Of a stretch of DNA of 64,000 bases, positions 50,262 through 62,640 are shown in pieces. A program made the translations under genes and the position numbers. The stretch covers positions 83,638,001 to 83,702,000 of the forward strand of contig NC_091282.1 of the NCBI RefSeq assembly GCF_032444005.1, given 5' to 3'. Numbering within the stretch: position 1 is the first letter of the stretch; each line of letters begins with the position of its first letter. The notes below the pieces were generated by a model. That model saw only the letters and a program-made list of their open reading frames with translations, searched no databases and was not told where the DNA came from. Source of the DNA: Ranitomeya imitator. Its lineage: Eukaryota.

Positions 50262-51670
50262 TGCAAGATATATAAAATAGGTATTTAATATACTGCTGAT
50301 TTTACAAATTTTCCCACCTACAAAGAATGGAGAGGTCTGTAATTTTAATCATAAGCACACTTCAACTGAGAGATAGAATCTAAAAATAAAAAAACAGAAA
50401 ATCACATTGCATAATTTTTACATAATTAAATTGCATTTTATTACATGAAATAAAAATTTGATCACCTACCAACCTTCAAGAATTCAGGAACTTACAGACC
50501 TATTAGTTTTTCTTTAAGAAGCCCTCCTACTCTGCACCCATTACCTGTATTATTTACACCTGTTTGAACTTGTTATCTGTATAAAAGACGTCTTCCCTCA
50601 CACTCAATCACACTCAAACCCTCCACCATGGCCAAGACCAAAGGGCTGTCTAAGGACACCATGGACAAAAGTGTAGACCTGCACAAGGCTGGGATGGGCT
50701 ACAGGACAATAGGCAAGCAGCTTGCTGAGAAGGCAACAACTGTTGACCTAATTATAAGTAAATGGATGAAATACAAGATGACTGTCAATCTTCCTCTGTT
50801 TGGGGCTCCATGCAGAATTTCGCCTCGTGGGGTAAGGATGATTCTGAGAATGGTCAGGAATCAGCCCAGAACTATATGGGAGGACCTGGTCAATGCCTGG
50901 AAGAGAGCTGGGACAATAGTCTCAAACATTTCCAATAGTAACACACTACACCATCATGGATTAAAATCTTATAGGGCATGCAAGGTTCCCCTTATTACAC
51001 CAGCACATGTCCAGGGCCATTTTGCAGTTTGTCAATTACTATCTGGATGATCCAGAGGAGACATGGAAGACGGTCATGTGGTTAGAGGAGACTAAAATAG
51101 GACTTTTTAGTATCAACACCACTCGCCGTGTTTGGAGAAAGAGGAAAGATGAGTACAACCCCAGGAACACTGTCCCAACCGTGAAGAATGGTGAGGGGGA
51201 AACATCTTACTTTGGGAGTGCTTTTCTGCAAAGGGGACAGGACAACTGTTCTGTATTGAAGGAAGGATGGATGTGTTCATATATTGCAAGATTATGGCCA
51301 ACAACTTCCTTCCCTCAGTAACAGCATGATGGGTAGTGGCTGGGTCTTCTAGCATGACAATGACCCAAAACACACAGCAACAAAGGAGTGGCTCCATAGC
51401 AAGCATTTCAAGGTCCTGGAGTCGCCTAGCCAGTCTCCAGACCTGAACCCAATAGAAACTGGAGGGAGCTGAAACTCAATGTTGCCCAATGACAGCCCCT
51501 AAACATGAAAGATCTGGAGAAGATGTTTATGGAGGAGTGGGCCAAAATCCCTGCTGCAGTGTGTGCAAACTTAGGCAAGAACTACAGGAAACGTCTGACC
51601 TCTGTAATTGCAAACACAAGCTTCTGTACTAAATACCAAGATCCGTTTTTCAATTGTATCAAACACTTAT
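50262..51670 (+). mobile_element. Degenerate Tc1 element with frameshifted transposase (50628 onward)
   Basis: [26 protein letters not shown]; VMWLEETK; HDNDPKH; SPDLNPIE remnants in shifting frames. Boundaries approximate. Confidence 0.8.
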
Positions 51671-51968
51671 TTCATTTCTTGCTTTTTTTACTGCATGATG
51701 CTACTATCTTATGATTGATGAAGAATATACGATGATGCCCCCTTAATTATAGTGAAATATACCAAATTTGCCATAAACTTTACTAGCTAAAATCTCTGCC
51801 ACACACATGAAAAATGTAAAAAAAAACAAAAACATTTTATTCAGCACTGCAGGCACTGTTCCATGATGTGGCCAGATAACATGCTAAAATTCTCAGGGGT
51901 AACAATAATTAGAGCAATGCATAGTCAACTGACTAACGATTGACAATAAAAGACTTTATTATCCCAAA

Positions 51969-52715
51969 TAGTGTTGAGCGATACCGTCCGATATTTGAAA
52001 GTATCGGTATCGGATGGTATCGGCCGATATCCGAAAAATATCGGATATCGCCGATACCGATATCCAATACCAATACAAGTCAATGGGACACAAATATCGG
52101 AAGGTATCCTGTAATGGTTCCCAGGGTCTGAAGGAGAGGAAACTCTCCTTCAGGCCCTGGGATCCATATTCATGTGTAAAATAAAGAATAAAAATAAAAA
52201 ATATTGCTATACTCACCCTTGGACGCGCCCTGGTTGTAACCGGGAGCCTTCCATCCTAAGAATCAGCGCTTGAAGGACCTTTCGATGACATTGCGGCTTG
52301 TGATTGGTCGTGGTAGCGTCATGTGACCGCTCACGCGACCAATCACAAGCCGCGACGTCATCGAAGGTCCTTAACGCGCTCATTCTTAGCGCGTTAAGGA
52401 CCTTCGATGACGTCGCTGCTTGTGATTGGTCGCGTGAGCGGTCACATGACGCTACCGCGACCAATCACAAGCCGCGACGTCATCGAAAGGTCCTTCAAGC
52501 GCTCATTCTACCAAGAAAAGCATGGCGGTTGCAGCGGTGACAACCAGGGCGCGTCAGAGGGTAAGTATTTCAATATTTTTTTTTTTTATTCTTTATTTTA
52601 CACATAAATCTTACTCCCGATACCGATTCCCGATATCCCAAAAATATCGGAACTCGGTATCGGAATTCCGATACCGCAAATATCGGTCGATACCCAATCG
52701 GAATGCTCAACACTA
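51969..52715. mobile_element. Non-autonomous hAT MITE (747 bp), palindromic
   Basis: TIR TAGTGTTGAGC / GCTCAACACTA; 8-bp TSD ATCCCAAA at 51961-51968 and 52716-52723. Confidence 0.9.
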
Positions 52716-53646
52716 ATCCCAAACCAATCCCAAATATATTTAATTTCATAATTAGACCAAGTCCACCTATCATGAGCTGAAAGAAAAAACCCTCCAAGAG
52801 CAGGTGTACACGAGCATATTTTTGGTCCAAGTGTGGTATGACAAAACATTGGATCGCACTCGGACCAATGTTAGTCTCATTGGCTGTGCACTAGGGCATG
52901 CAGAACAAAAAAATTGCTGCATGCCTGAGCTTAGTCATATATTTAGATCTTGCTTGGCCACGCAAGTCAATGAGTGCATGGAAATCATGTGACTTCTGAC
53001 TGCATTCGAATATCATCTGAATACAGTCTGATTTCCATGGACTCACAGAATGGAGTAGATGGAGAATTTTTTTCTACATCTTCTCTTCATCAGAGAAAAT
53101 CGGACCACACTATGACCACATTCTGATCAAACTCTGATCAAAGTGTGATTTGCATAATCAGCCTAATTTTCTTGGATGAGAGAATCGATATTCGTGTGCA
53201 CCTGCCCTAAAAGACACTAAGATAAAGCAAAAGAGGGATGGCAGTTGGAGGATTTGGTTGCAGACTTCATCACAGCTGAATACTACCTACACCCTTAGCA
53301 TTAGCTGACAAACCAGGAATTTGCTTCATATCATTTACAGATAAATAAACTCAAAAACTGGCTTTGGAAGGCTATATAGTTGACATCCATAGGAATATTA
53401 AAAAAAATTGTGAAAAAGGATGGCAGGAGGGGCATAGAACCAGACCAAAAGCAGTTAATAATACCTATCGAGACTGTGCCATCATGTGTTATCTAAACTA
53501 AACCCTATGGGATTCTGCGCCAATTGTGATTGGTGCAGTTCCAAAGTTCTATTGTCTGCTGAGCCACAAATTTTAGTCATAGACTGCCAATTGGTCAATT
53601 CGTTGTTCCAGATGTCATGGACACAATAGTCATTACTGTGTTTTAG

Positions 53647-53762
53647 ATTCAACGCTCAACATCCACACATAGATGTAGACATAGAGACAAGGTCAATGCC
53701 AGAGAAAAGCCGAATCCCAACCCAGCAGACAAGGGAAGCAAGGGATTGAAGTCAGGATTTAA
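53647..53762 (+). CDS. Tentative exon (116 nt, phase 0->2)
   Basis: cattactgtgttttag| acceptor and TAA|gtaacc donor. Open frame IQRSTSTHRCRHRDKVNAREKPNPNPADKGSKGLKSGF(K). Could join 54057-54097 and then 54404 in frame. Confidence 0.28.
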
Positions 53763-54403
53763 GTAACCAATAAGATGAGCTGGGTTTGGAGTTTGATGGC
53801 ATGTAAGCATCTGATTCTAAAGAACATTGGATCCAAAAACATTGGGTAAAAGTGCAAAAAAAAAGGACTGATGTAAATCTCTGACATCTTCATGCACTGT
53901 CTGATACACAATATTCTACAAGTGTGTATGTAGGACACAGAAAAACTTCACATTTCACATTTCACGCATTTCACTCACCTTAACATATTTCATGCATTTC
54001 CATTTAATGTATTTCTCTGTTTTTCATTAAATTATATGTAAAAAATGTAACTTCAGGGGTGGAAGAAATTCAGTCTTTCGCAAGAGCAGATGTAGAAGTG
54101 TGATGATCATGTGGCAACCATGCAGTACTGAAATGACTATGACACCCATACAGAATATGTCAGAATAATTGACAGTGCCTAGGAATCTCCTTCTAGGAGA
54201 AGACACTATGGAAATACAAAGACATTTTACATGACTTTTGCTGAATTTACATTTACATGTTTTTAATGTACTGTATTTTATTGGATATTTAGATTGGAAT
54301 GTGAGATTTTACTGAAGTGCAGATTGAAAAAAAGAAAATCATCTGCAAAGTAAAATTCAACAATGATCGTCTCTTCGTATCTTTTCATATTATATGAATC
54401 CAG

Positions 54404-54543
54404 GGCATTTCATCCCCAGACAAATGTATCATCCTAAACATGGATTTAATATTCAAGTTAATCAGGCAATAGATAATCTGGAGGAACTGGAAAAATTAGA
54501 ATTTCCAGATATGGTGGATTTTCCCGGGAAATTCGATCTCTAA
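54404..54543 (+). CDS. Candidate terminal coding exon of the plus-strand gene: HFIPRQMYHPKHGFNIQVNQAIDNLEELEKLEFPDMVDFPGKFDL*
   Basis: tcttcgtatcttttcatattatatgaatccag| acceptor, 45 protein-like codons to TAA (54541-54543), AATAAA at 54763-54768. Confidence 0.5.
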
Positions 54544-55412
54544 TCTACACCTATTTCCTAGACCCCAAATCCACATACTGCACTGATTAACTTTCTTCTC
54601 TGGGAAGCTTGTGAGCCTGATGCAATGACATTTTCACATGACCATGCCACTGCTTTAAGGTCATGTATCTGAGTCCACACCGCTTTTAGTCTCTTGCATT
54701 TGGAGGCTGGACACCAATTTTTTCAGTCATTGCATAACTACAGAAAGTAGACCTGGAACAAAAATAAAATAATCAGAGATGCAGAGATGAGGAAAGTTTG
54801 CATTTAAGATATAAATATGTTTTTATAAACCTAACATGTGAGTGTACTTAGGTATTGGAACGCTACCAAAATGCATGAAAAGCAGCAACTAAAAGCTACA
54901 ATGCATCCAACTAATACTTAAGGTGGGAATGGCTAAGAGGGTGACATTTAAGATAGATACCATGCCCACACACATGGCAATAAGGTGGTCAACATATTTA
55001 ATTCTCAGCTATTTGGCACAAGGGGCTAAATGGAGTCACAGTATGATACAATTTGCCCTCGGCCCATATGTTTGTGGCTTGATGAGGATATGGATAGAGT
55101 TAAAAGTGGTGAGACGCAACTGCTGATGGTGAAAGTGGCCTTGCTCTACAGTTACATGCTTCCCATGTTAATATCTATTGCCCTGGAAGTTACAAACCAG
55201 CAGATTATGCAGTCTCATGTGTGTCTCAGTCTATTTGTAAAGGTGGAGAAATAATCGAGCATCCACTCTGAATATTTGTGTGCAAAGAATTGTTGCATTC
55301 ATGATCTATGTGTGTTTCAAAATGTTTTCTCATGTGCATTTCCTTTTCATAGGGCTGGCTGTTGGGAGAGCAGGCAGTTAACATTTGGACAGCCCATGTT
55401 GGGAGAAGCTTA

Positions 55413-56147
55413 AGGCCCCTTCACATTAAGCGACGCTGCAGCGATACCGACAACGATCCGGATCGCTGCAGCGTCACTGTTTGGTCGCTGGAGAGCTGTC
55501 ACACAGACAGCTCTCCAGCGACCAACGATGCCGGTAACCAGGGTAAACATCGGGTAACTAAGCGCAGGGCTGCGCATAGTAACCCGATGTTTACCCTGGT
55601 TACCATCCTAAAAGTAAAAAAAACAAACAGTACATACTTACCTAACGCTGTCTGTCCCCGGCGCTCTGCTTCTCTGCACTCCTCCTGTACTGGCTGTGAG
55701 CACAGCGGCCGGAAAGCAGAGCAGTGACGTCACCGCTCTGCTTTCCGGCTGACCGACGCTCACAGCCAGTACAGGAGGAGTGCAGAGCACAGCGCCGGGG
55801 ACAGACAGCGGTAGGTAAGTATGTACTGTTTGTTTTTTTTACTTTTAGGATGGTAACCAGGGTAAACATCGGGTTACTAAGCGCGGCCCTGCGCTTAGTA
55901 ACCCGATGTTTACCCTGGTTACCAGTGAAGACATCGCTGGATCGGTGTCACACACGCCGATCCAGCGATGTCCACGGGAGATCCAGCGACGAAATAAAGT
56001 TCTGGACTTTGTTCAGCGACCAACGATGGCACAGCAGGGGCCTGATCGTTGGTCGCTGTCACACATAGCGATTTCCTTAACGATATCGTTGCAACGTCAC
56101 CAAAAGCAACGATATCGTTAACGATATCGTTATGTGTGAAGGTACCT
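55413..56147. mobile_element. PIF/Harbinger-like palindromic MITE, same family as 5138-5840
   Basis: TTA|aggccccttcaca ... tgtgaaggtacct|TTA; near-identical internal sequence. Confidence 0.85.
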
Positions 56148-56156
56148 TTATGAGGA

Positions 56157-57044
56157 TGTGACGCCCAGGAGACCGGGATACCCAGCACCGGACCAATGGA
56201 GTCTGTCTCTTGAGGGGGATGTCACGGGTGGCTTGACCCGGTGCTGTGGCCTCAGGCAATGCACAGTGTAAGGGGTATCATGAGGGGACAGGCACTTACT
56301 TGATCAGCAGCAGGTTCTCCCAGCGGTGACGATCTCGATCCTGGATATTGGCTATTGTCCAAATGAAAGACTGAGGCACTGAAACGTTTAACCAGTTTAC
56401 TTTAACATAAAAGGATTTACAACCAGTCCTGTCACCGGAGTCTGTATGGGAACTCTGAGTTACTTTGACCCTGCCGGGGTCTTCGCCTCTTATTGTGCGC
56501 AATTTCTGTGTGGCCCTGCTGCTGTATGTGAACTGGCTGCCGGCCCAATCTGTCCCCTCCGGGTCCTGGTTCGACGGGCAACCCGAGTCCTTTTATCGGT
56601 TTACCCCCTCTGGGAGTACCACTGAACTCTGTGTCTGTTGCTGCGTCCGGCCCTAGTGAAGCTGATATCACCTCACGTTTTTCCGGTTGCTGTATTATAT
56701 ATAATGAATACAGCCACGGATCCGGTATCCGTCTTTGCGCCTGTTCTGGGTAGTGATTAATGCTACCCGGTTCTCACAATGTCCTTTTTCTCTATCCCTC
56801 TTCTCCTCAGGCCGGTGATTTAGGCCTGGTAACAGTCACAGGGCTGTTAGAGATTCAACTGTATGACCTCTCACTTTCAGCTCCTTAGCCCAACTGCCAG
56901 TTCTTCTCTCAGACCAGAATGGATCAAGGGGAGTCTCTGGAGCTCCCCCTTCTGGCCGGAGGTGGTAGTGCAGTTTTGCTATCTTAGTACCTGTATTTAG
57001 TGTCAGTAACTATTTTTGTGGCAAATACCCCTAGGGGTGCCACA
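56157..57044. mobile_element. Solo LTR (888 bp)
   Basis: TGTGAC...GCCACA ends; 4-bp TSD AGGA at 56153-56156 and 57045-57048. Confidence 0.7.
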
Positions 57045-57631
57045 AGGACACAAAAAGGAGATTAGTTCTTGCTACTGGAGGAGAAGGGAGTTTTGATGTT
57101 GATTCTAAAGGCCACATGTGGAGAGAGGGTGAATAAACAAATAAACAGAAAGCGGAAAAAATGACATGTTGGAGACCAAGATAGCTAGCAAGGAGTAGGC
57201 TACAGGGGACCATGTTAGCTGTCCTGGAAGAGTATTAAAGTCCTAGTCTGACCAGGAGGAGACATGAGGGACTGCTGCAGTGGTGGAAAGTGAAAGCCAG
57301 AGTAGGAGAATTGGGAAAGTGACTTCAACACGCAAATACTCTAGTAGCAACACAATTACATATTTTGTGCTTGTAAGCAAAGATCCTCTGTTTGACACAG
57401 AAGGTATATGAAAAACTATTGTGCCTGCTATCAATTGTAGCAGTTCTGTATGGCACATTTAAGTAAAAAATGTATATTTTTATACAGTGGGCTTTGGTCT
57501 CCTTGAATCGTTGCATTTTATCATGGTGTCCACCCACCAACATATGCCTGAATGGAGGTGATTTGTTAATACCTATAACACCTATTCACACTTGGGGATT
57601 TATGTTACTAGTCTTATGGATCATAGCCTTA

Positions 57632-58017
57632 AGGTACCTTTACACTGAACAACTTTCCAACGAGAACGACAGCGATCCGTGATGTTGCAGCGTCCTGGAG
57701 AGCAATCTCGTTGTGTTTGACACGCAGCAGCGATCAGGATCCTGCTGTGACATCGCTGGTCGTCGCTGAAAGTCCAGAACTTTATTTGGTCGTCAGGTCG
57801 GCGTGATTCGTCATGTTTGACAGCAAAAGCAACGATGCCAGCAATGGTCTTCAATGGAGCGAACAACCAGTGAGAACGATAAGTACGTCACTGGATCGCT
57901 CCTGCATCGCTCAGCTGTTGCCGGTGTTTGATGTCTCCTAGCGACCTAAACAGCGAAGCTGCAGCGATCGGCATCATTGTCTATATTGCTGCAGCGTCGC
58001 TAAATGTGACTGCACCT
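57632..58017. mobile_element. Shorter relative of the AGGTACC MITE family
   Basis: TTA|aggtacctttacac ... gtgactgcacct|TTA. Confidence 0.75.
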
Positions 58018-58020
58018 TTA

Positions 58021-59192
58021 CACGCTGCGGAAGTAGTACGTCAGCTAGCAGTATCCCCCACTTTGAGGTGGGCTCTGGTGGTGAGCCCACCTCAAAGTCG
58101 CGACATATCAGCTGTTTTCAACAGCTGACATGTGCCTGCAATGGGCATAATCAGAATCTCGATCTGCCCACTTCCATTAACTAGTTAAATGCCACTGTCA
58201 AACTCTGACAGCAGCATTTAACAAGCGCTGACGGCCGCTCAGCCGGAAGTACGCCCACCGCTGCCCCCATGACGTGATCGGTGGTCATCGGTGTGTAGCC
58301 ATCACAACCAGAGGTCTCCTGAAGTCCTCTAAGGTTGTTGATGACGGATTTCTATCAGCGCCATCCTGTGGTCGATCGAGTAGTGGATGCTTCTAGCCTC
58401 CCATGGAGGCTATTAAAGCATGTCAAAATTTAAAAAAAGTGTTTAAAAATATGAAAAAAATGTAAAAAATATAAACGTTCAAATCACCCCCCTTTCGCCC
58501 CAATCAAAATATAACAATGAAAAAAAATCAAATCTACACATATTTGCTATCGCCAAGTTCATAATCGCCCAATCTATCAATAAAAAAGGGATTAATCTGA
58601 TTGCTAAACAGCGTAGCAAGAGAAAAATTCAAAATGACAAAATAACATTTTTTTGGTCGCCGCGACATTGTATTAAAATGCAATAATGGGCGATCAAAAG
58701 AACATATCTGCACAAATGTGGTATAATTAAAAATGTTACCTCGGCATGCAAAAAATAAGCCCTCACCTGACCCCTGATCACAAAAAATGGAGACGCTACC
58801 GGTATCGGAAAATTGCGCAATTTTTTTTTTTAAGCAAACTTTGGAATTTTTTTTACCACTTAGATAAAACCTAGAGAACCTAGACATGTTTGGTGTCTAT
58901 GAACTTGTAATGACCTGGAGAATCATAATAGTAGGTGAGTTTTAGCATTTAGTGAATCTAGCAAAAAAGCCAAACAAAAACCAGTGTGAGATTGCACTTT
59001 TTTTGCAATTTTATCGCACTTGGAATTTTTTCCTGTTTTCTGTTACAAGACTTGGTAAAACCAATGGCATCATTCAAAAGTACAACTTGTCCCGCAAAAA
59101 ATAAGCCCTCACATGGCCATATTGACAGAAAAAAGTTATGGCCCTGGAAAAAAGGGGAGCGAAAAGCAAAAACGAAAAAAAAACTCCGGGGG
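58021..59192 (-). mobile_element. Kolobok/T2-like element, inverted homologue of 18904-20172
   Basis: Reverse-complement homology (e.g. ggagacgctacc..atcggaaaattgcgcaa); ..ggggg|TTAA end. Confidence 0.6.
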
Positions 59193-60776
59193 TTAAGGAG
59201 TTACCGTAATATCAGCTCACAGCTGTCTGCTTAGCCTTTACTGGTCATTATAGAAGAGGGTGTCTCCTCAAAAAATAACGTGGGGTCCACCCTATTTTTA
59301 ATAACAAGCAAAGGCTAAGCAGACAGCTGCAGGCTGATATTATTATGCTTGGAAGGTACATGGATATTGGTCCCTTACAAGCATAATAAGACCAGCCCTC
59401 AGCTGCCCCAGAAATGGCGCATCAATTAGATGCACCAATTCTGGCATTTGGCCTTGGCTTTCCCCAATTGCCCTGGTGCTTTGACAATTATGGTAATGGT
59501 TTTGCGCTTGATGTTAACTTTTGCATGTCCACTGACATTAAGCCCAGGGGTTATTAATAGAGAGGTGTCCATCAGACACCCCCATTACTAACGCTGTAGT
59601 AAAAAAAAAAAAAAAAAGAAACCCACAAACAAAAGTCCTTTATTTGTAAAAGTACTCCCCGACAATTTCCCTTTTTCCCCATATATTGCCCCAAAAAACT
59701 CGACAGTGGTCTGCCATAAACCATATGGAGGTCTCACAACGAACCCCATCTTCTTTGTCTAGTGTTTGGTGCCTTGTTTAGAAAATGAAGCTTCATACAC
59801 TGGAGGAGCAGCTACTGTAGGGACTCACACTATGCAATTTGAGAACCTGGCTGCTGTGAAGTCAGAAAAGTTACTGCAGTTCAGATACTATGACCTGCAG
59901 TATCCTTATTTACTTACATCACCACTCTTCACAGCATGATAAACAGAGACTAGAGCAGCAGCCAATGCCGGTTCTCATGCTTTGACAAGGTGAGGATCAT
60001 CGTGGGACTTCAATATGAATTATGGCATACCCAAAACCATTACCTTGATTGCCAACACACCAGGGCAATCATGAAGAGCCGAGGTTAAGCTCCAGAATTG
60101 GTGCATCTAATGGATATGCTATTTCTGAGGTAGCTGAGGACTGGTCTTATTAGGCTGAGAAGGGACCAATATCCATGAATCTTCCCAACCTATTAATATC
60201 AGCCTACAGCTGTCTGCTTAGCCTTTGCTGGTGATTAAAAATAAGGGGACCCCATGTCATTTTTTAGGGTCCCCTTTTAATAATCAACTAAGGCTAAGCA
60301 GACAGCTGTGAGCTGATATCAATAGGCTGGGAAGCTCCATGGTATTGGCCTCTTCCCAAACTAATAAGACCAGCTCACAGCTATCTGCTTTCCATTAGCT
60401 GGTTATTAAAAATAGGAGGCCACACGCCATTTTTTACATTTATTCCTAAAAAGCTGTTGGATACGCTCCATAGAGCTTGTTAAATATCTGACAGCTACTG
60501 TATTTATCTCTCTATCTATCTATCTATCTATATCTGTATATAACATTGCTATTATTAGTTACATAACTAGCTTTAAATTACATAGTGATTGCAGTTTGTA
60601 AAAGATTATGTTAAAAACACATTGCATACGGATTGTATACACATGTAATAAAGATATCATACGGTTTCTCAGTTGAGAAAAATCACATTGTAATTGCATG
60701 ACACTTGCATGACACGCATGGTACTTTTCTGGATCAACATTTGACCGTTTTTTTTATACGTGTGACTCCAGCCTTA

Positions 60777-60971
60777 GGCTGCCGTCACACTAGCAGTATT
60801 TGGTCAGTATTTTACATCAGTATTTGTAAGCCAAAACCAGGAGTTGAACAAATAGAGGAAAAGTATAATAGAAACATATGCACCACTTCTGCATTTATCA
60901 CCCACTCCTGGTTTTGGCTTACAAATACTGATGTAAAATACTGACCAAATACTGCTAGTGTGACGGCAGCC
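60777..60971. mobile_element. Short MITE with about 66-bp perfect TIRs
   Basis: TTA|ggctgccgtcacactagcagtatttggtcag... ...ctagtgtgacggcagcc|TTA. Confidence 0.85.
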
Positions 60972-61060
60972 TTAGGATCACCGTTTCATGCACTGTGCCC
61001 TCAATCTCTACACTTGGCAAAACTCAATACAACAAAACAAGATGGCCAACGCCAGTCTAA

Positions 61061-61569
61061 GGCTACTTTCACACATCAGGTTTTTGGTTTCAGGCACAAT
61101 CCGGCAAATTTGCTAAAAAATGGATCCGGTGTCCATAGTGAAAAAACGGATGCAAACTGATGCACCGGATCCGTTTTTTAGCTGGATCCGGCTCTATGTA
61201 CTGCGCATGGTGAGAGAGAGAGAGATTTTATTTCTTCTGGGCATGCTCAGTGTGTTAAAAACGGATTCAGTCGCCGGAAATGTTCTTTCACACATCAGTT
61301 CCATGCGTTTATTGCCGGAAACGTCCCTTCAGGCTTTTTCGCCGCACACAAAAAACGCTGCAGGAGACGTTTTTTGTATCCGGCAAAAAAGCCTGAAGGG
61401 ACGGATCCGGCACAAAACGGATGAAACGTATGTCCTTCAGGCACAATCCGGCAGTAATACAACTCTATGGGGAAAAAACGGATCAGGCATCAGAAAAAAA
61501 CTGATCCAGATTGTGCCTGAAGCTGCCGGATTGTGCCTGAAACCAAAAACCTGATGTGTGAAAGCAGCT
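61061..61569. mobile_element. PIF/Harbinger-like MITE (GGCTACTTTCACAC TIR family)
   Basis: TAA|ggctactttcacacatcaggtttttggtttcaggcacaatccggca and its reverse complement ending near 61569. Confidence 0.75.
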
Positions 61570-62640
61570 GAAGGAGGCAATAACAGTGATAAGTGCCAAA
61601 TTTATTAAAAAGTGTACACCTCTTAGAAAGTGGGACAATTGAACAATGCAGGAATATAAACTGAAATATGCAATTGTAATGGAATTAGCAGGTGTAGATT
61701 TATTCCCAAATGTTTGCATTTACCTGTTTCACATAATAAATTTAGTCTAAACTGTTCCGCTTTTTGGAGACCACACTAACTTTTCCAATCACTCACCAAA
61801 CTTATGGCAAAATTTAGGGTATCACAGATAGAGCAATTTGTGACTGATCCAGAACTGGAGTATGCCCACGGTAGATTAGCAGATGTTGGGTAGACCACTG
61901 TGTGCCAGATAATAAGAATTTATTTACATGTAATCTAATTCATAAACTTCAGCCGTATACTAAACTTTATGTCACAGGAGACCCCCAGGTTAGGGGACAT
62001 GCCATATATCAGCAATATGTGATATGTATACATGTAAATATATGAATATTTCAAAGTCAAATAGAATAATTTAATGGCGGAGCTGTTAATCTTTCCATGA
62101 AGTAGCTGGGCAGTCATGTTTCTTCTCTCTTCTAGGAGGTATAGACTGGTATGTGGTAGGACTATAGTTACAATAGCAGTTCATTCTTTTTGTGTGGTAT
62201 TTATAGCCTGATCTGGTGAATGTCAATCTTCACTTTATCGTTATTCTTGAAAATCTGACATCTTACCTTGGCCTGTGCTTTAAAGAAAATCCCAAACAAT
62301 GACAAAGTATATATTTTATTGGACTCCTTAAACATTTAAATTGTTATTTGCTTGAGAAATATATCACATTAATGGTTTTATATACATCAGTTCCACCCAT
62401 TTGCATTTAAAACAGGAAACAAAATACCACAATTTGTACCTTTGATGATTATTTCCTTCTGCGGGTTAATAATTTTGTCAGAGACGTTATGGTCATGACA
62501 GATGCACACAACCATCTAAAAGATTTTTGAAAAGGACTGTAAATACTGATAATGGTGCTTTCACATTGTAGGCACCCGTTGAGGCTTACGTCCTTACCCC
62601 TCCCAAGAATGGGATTTGGACATATGTACCGACAGGGCTA

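Noticed and set aside
62100-62290. Micro-exon-like signals (plus 13 nt, minus 11 nt)
   Set aside because: Too short to distinguish from chance without transcript data.
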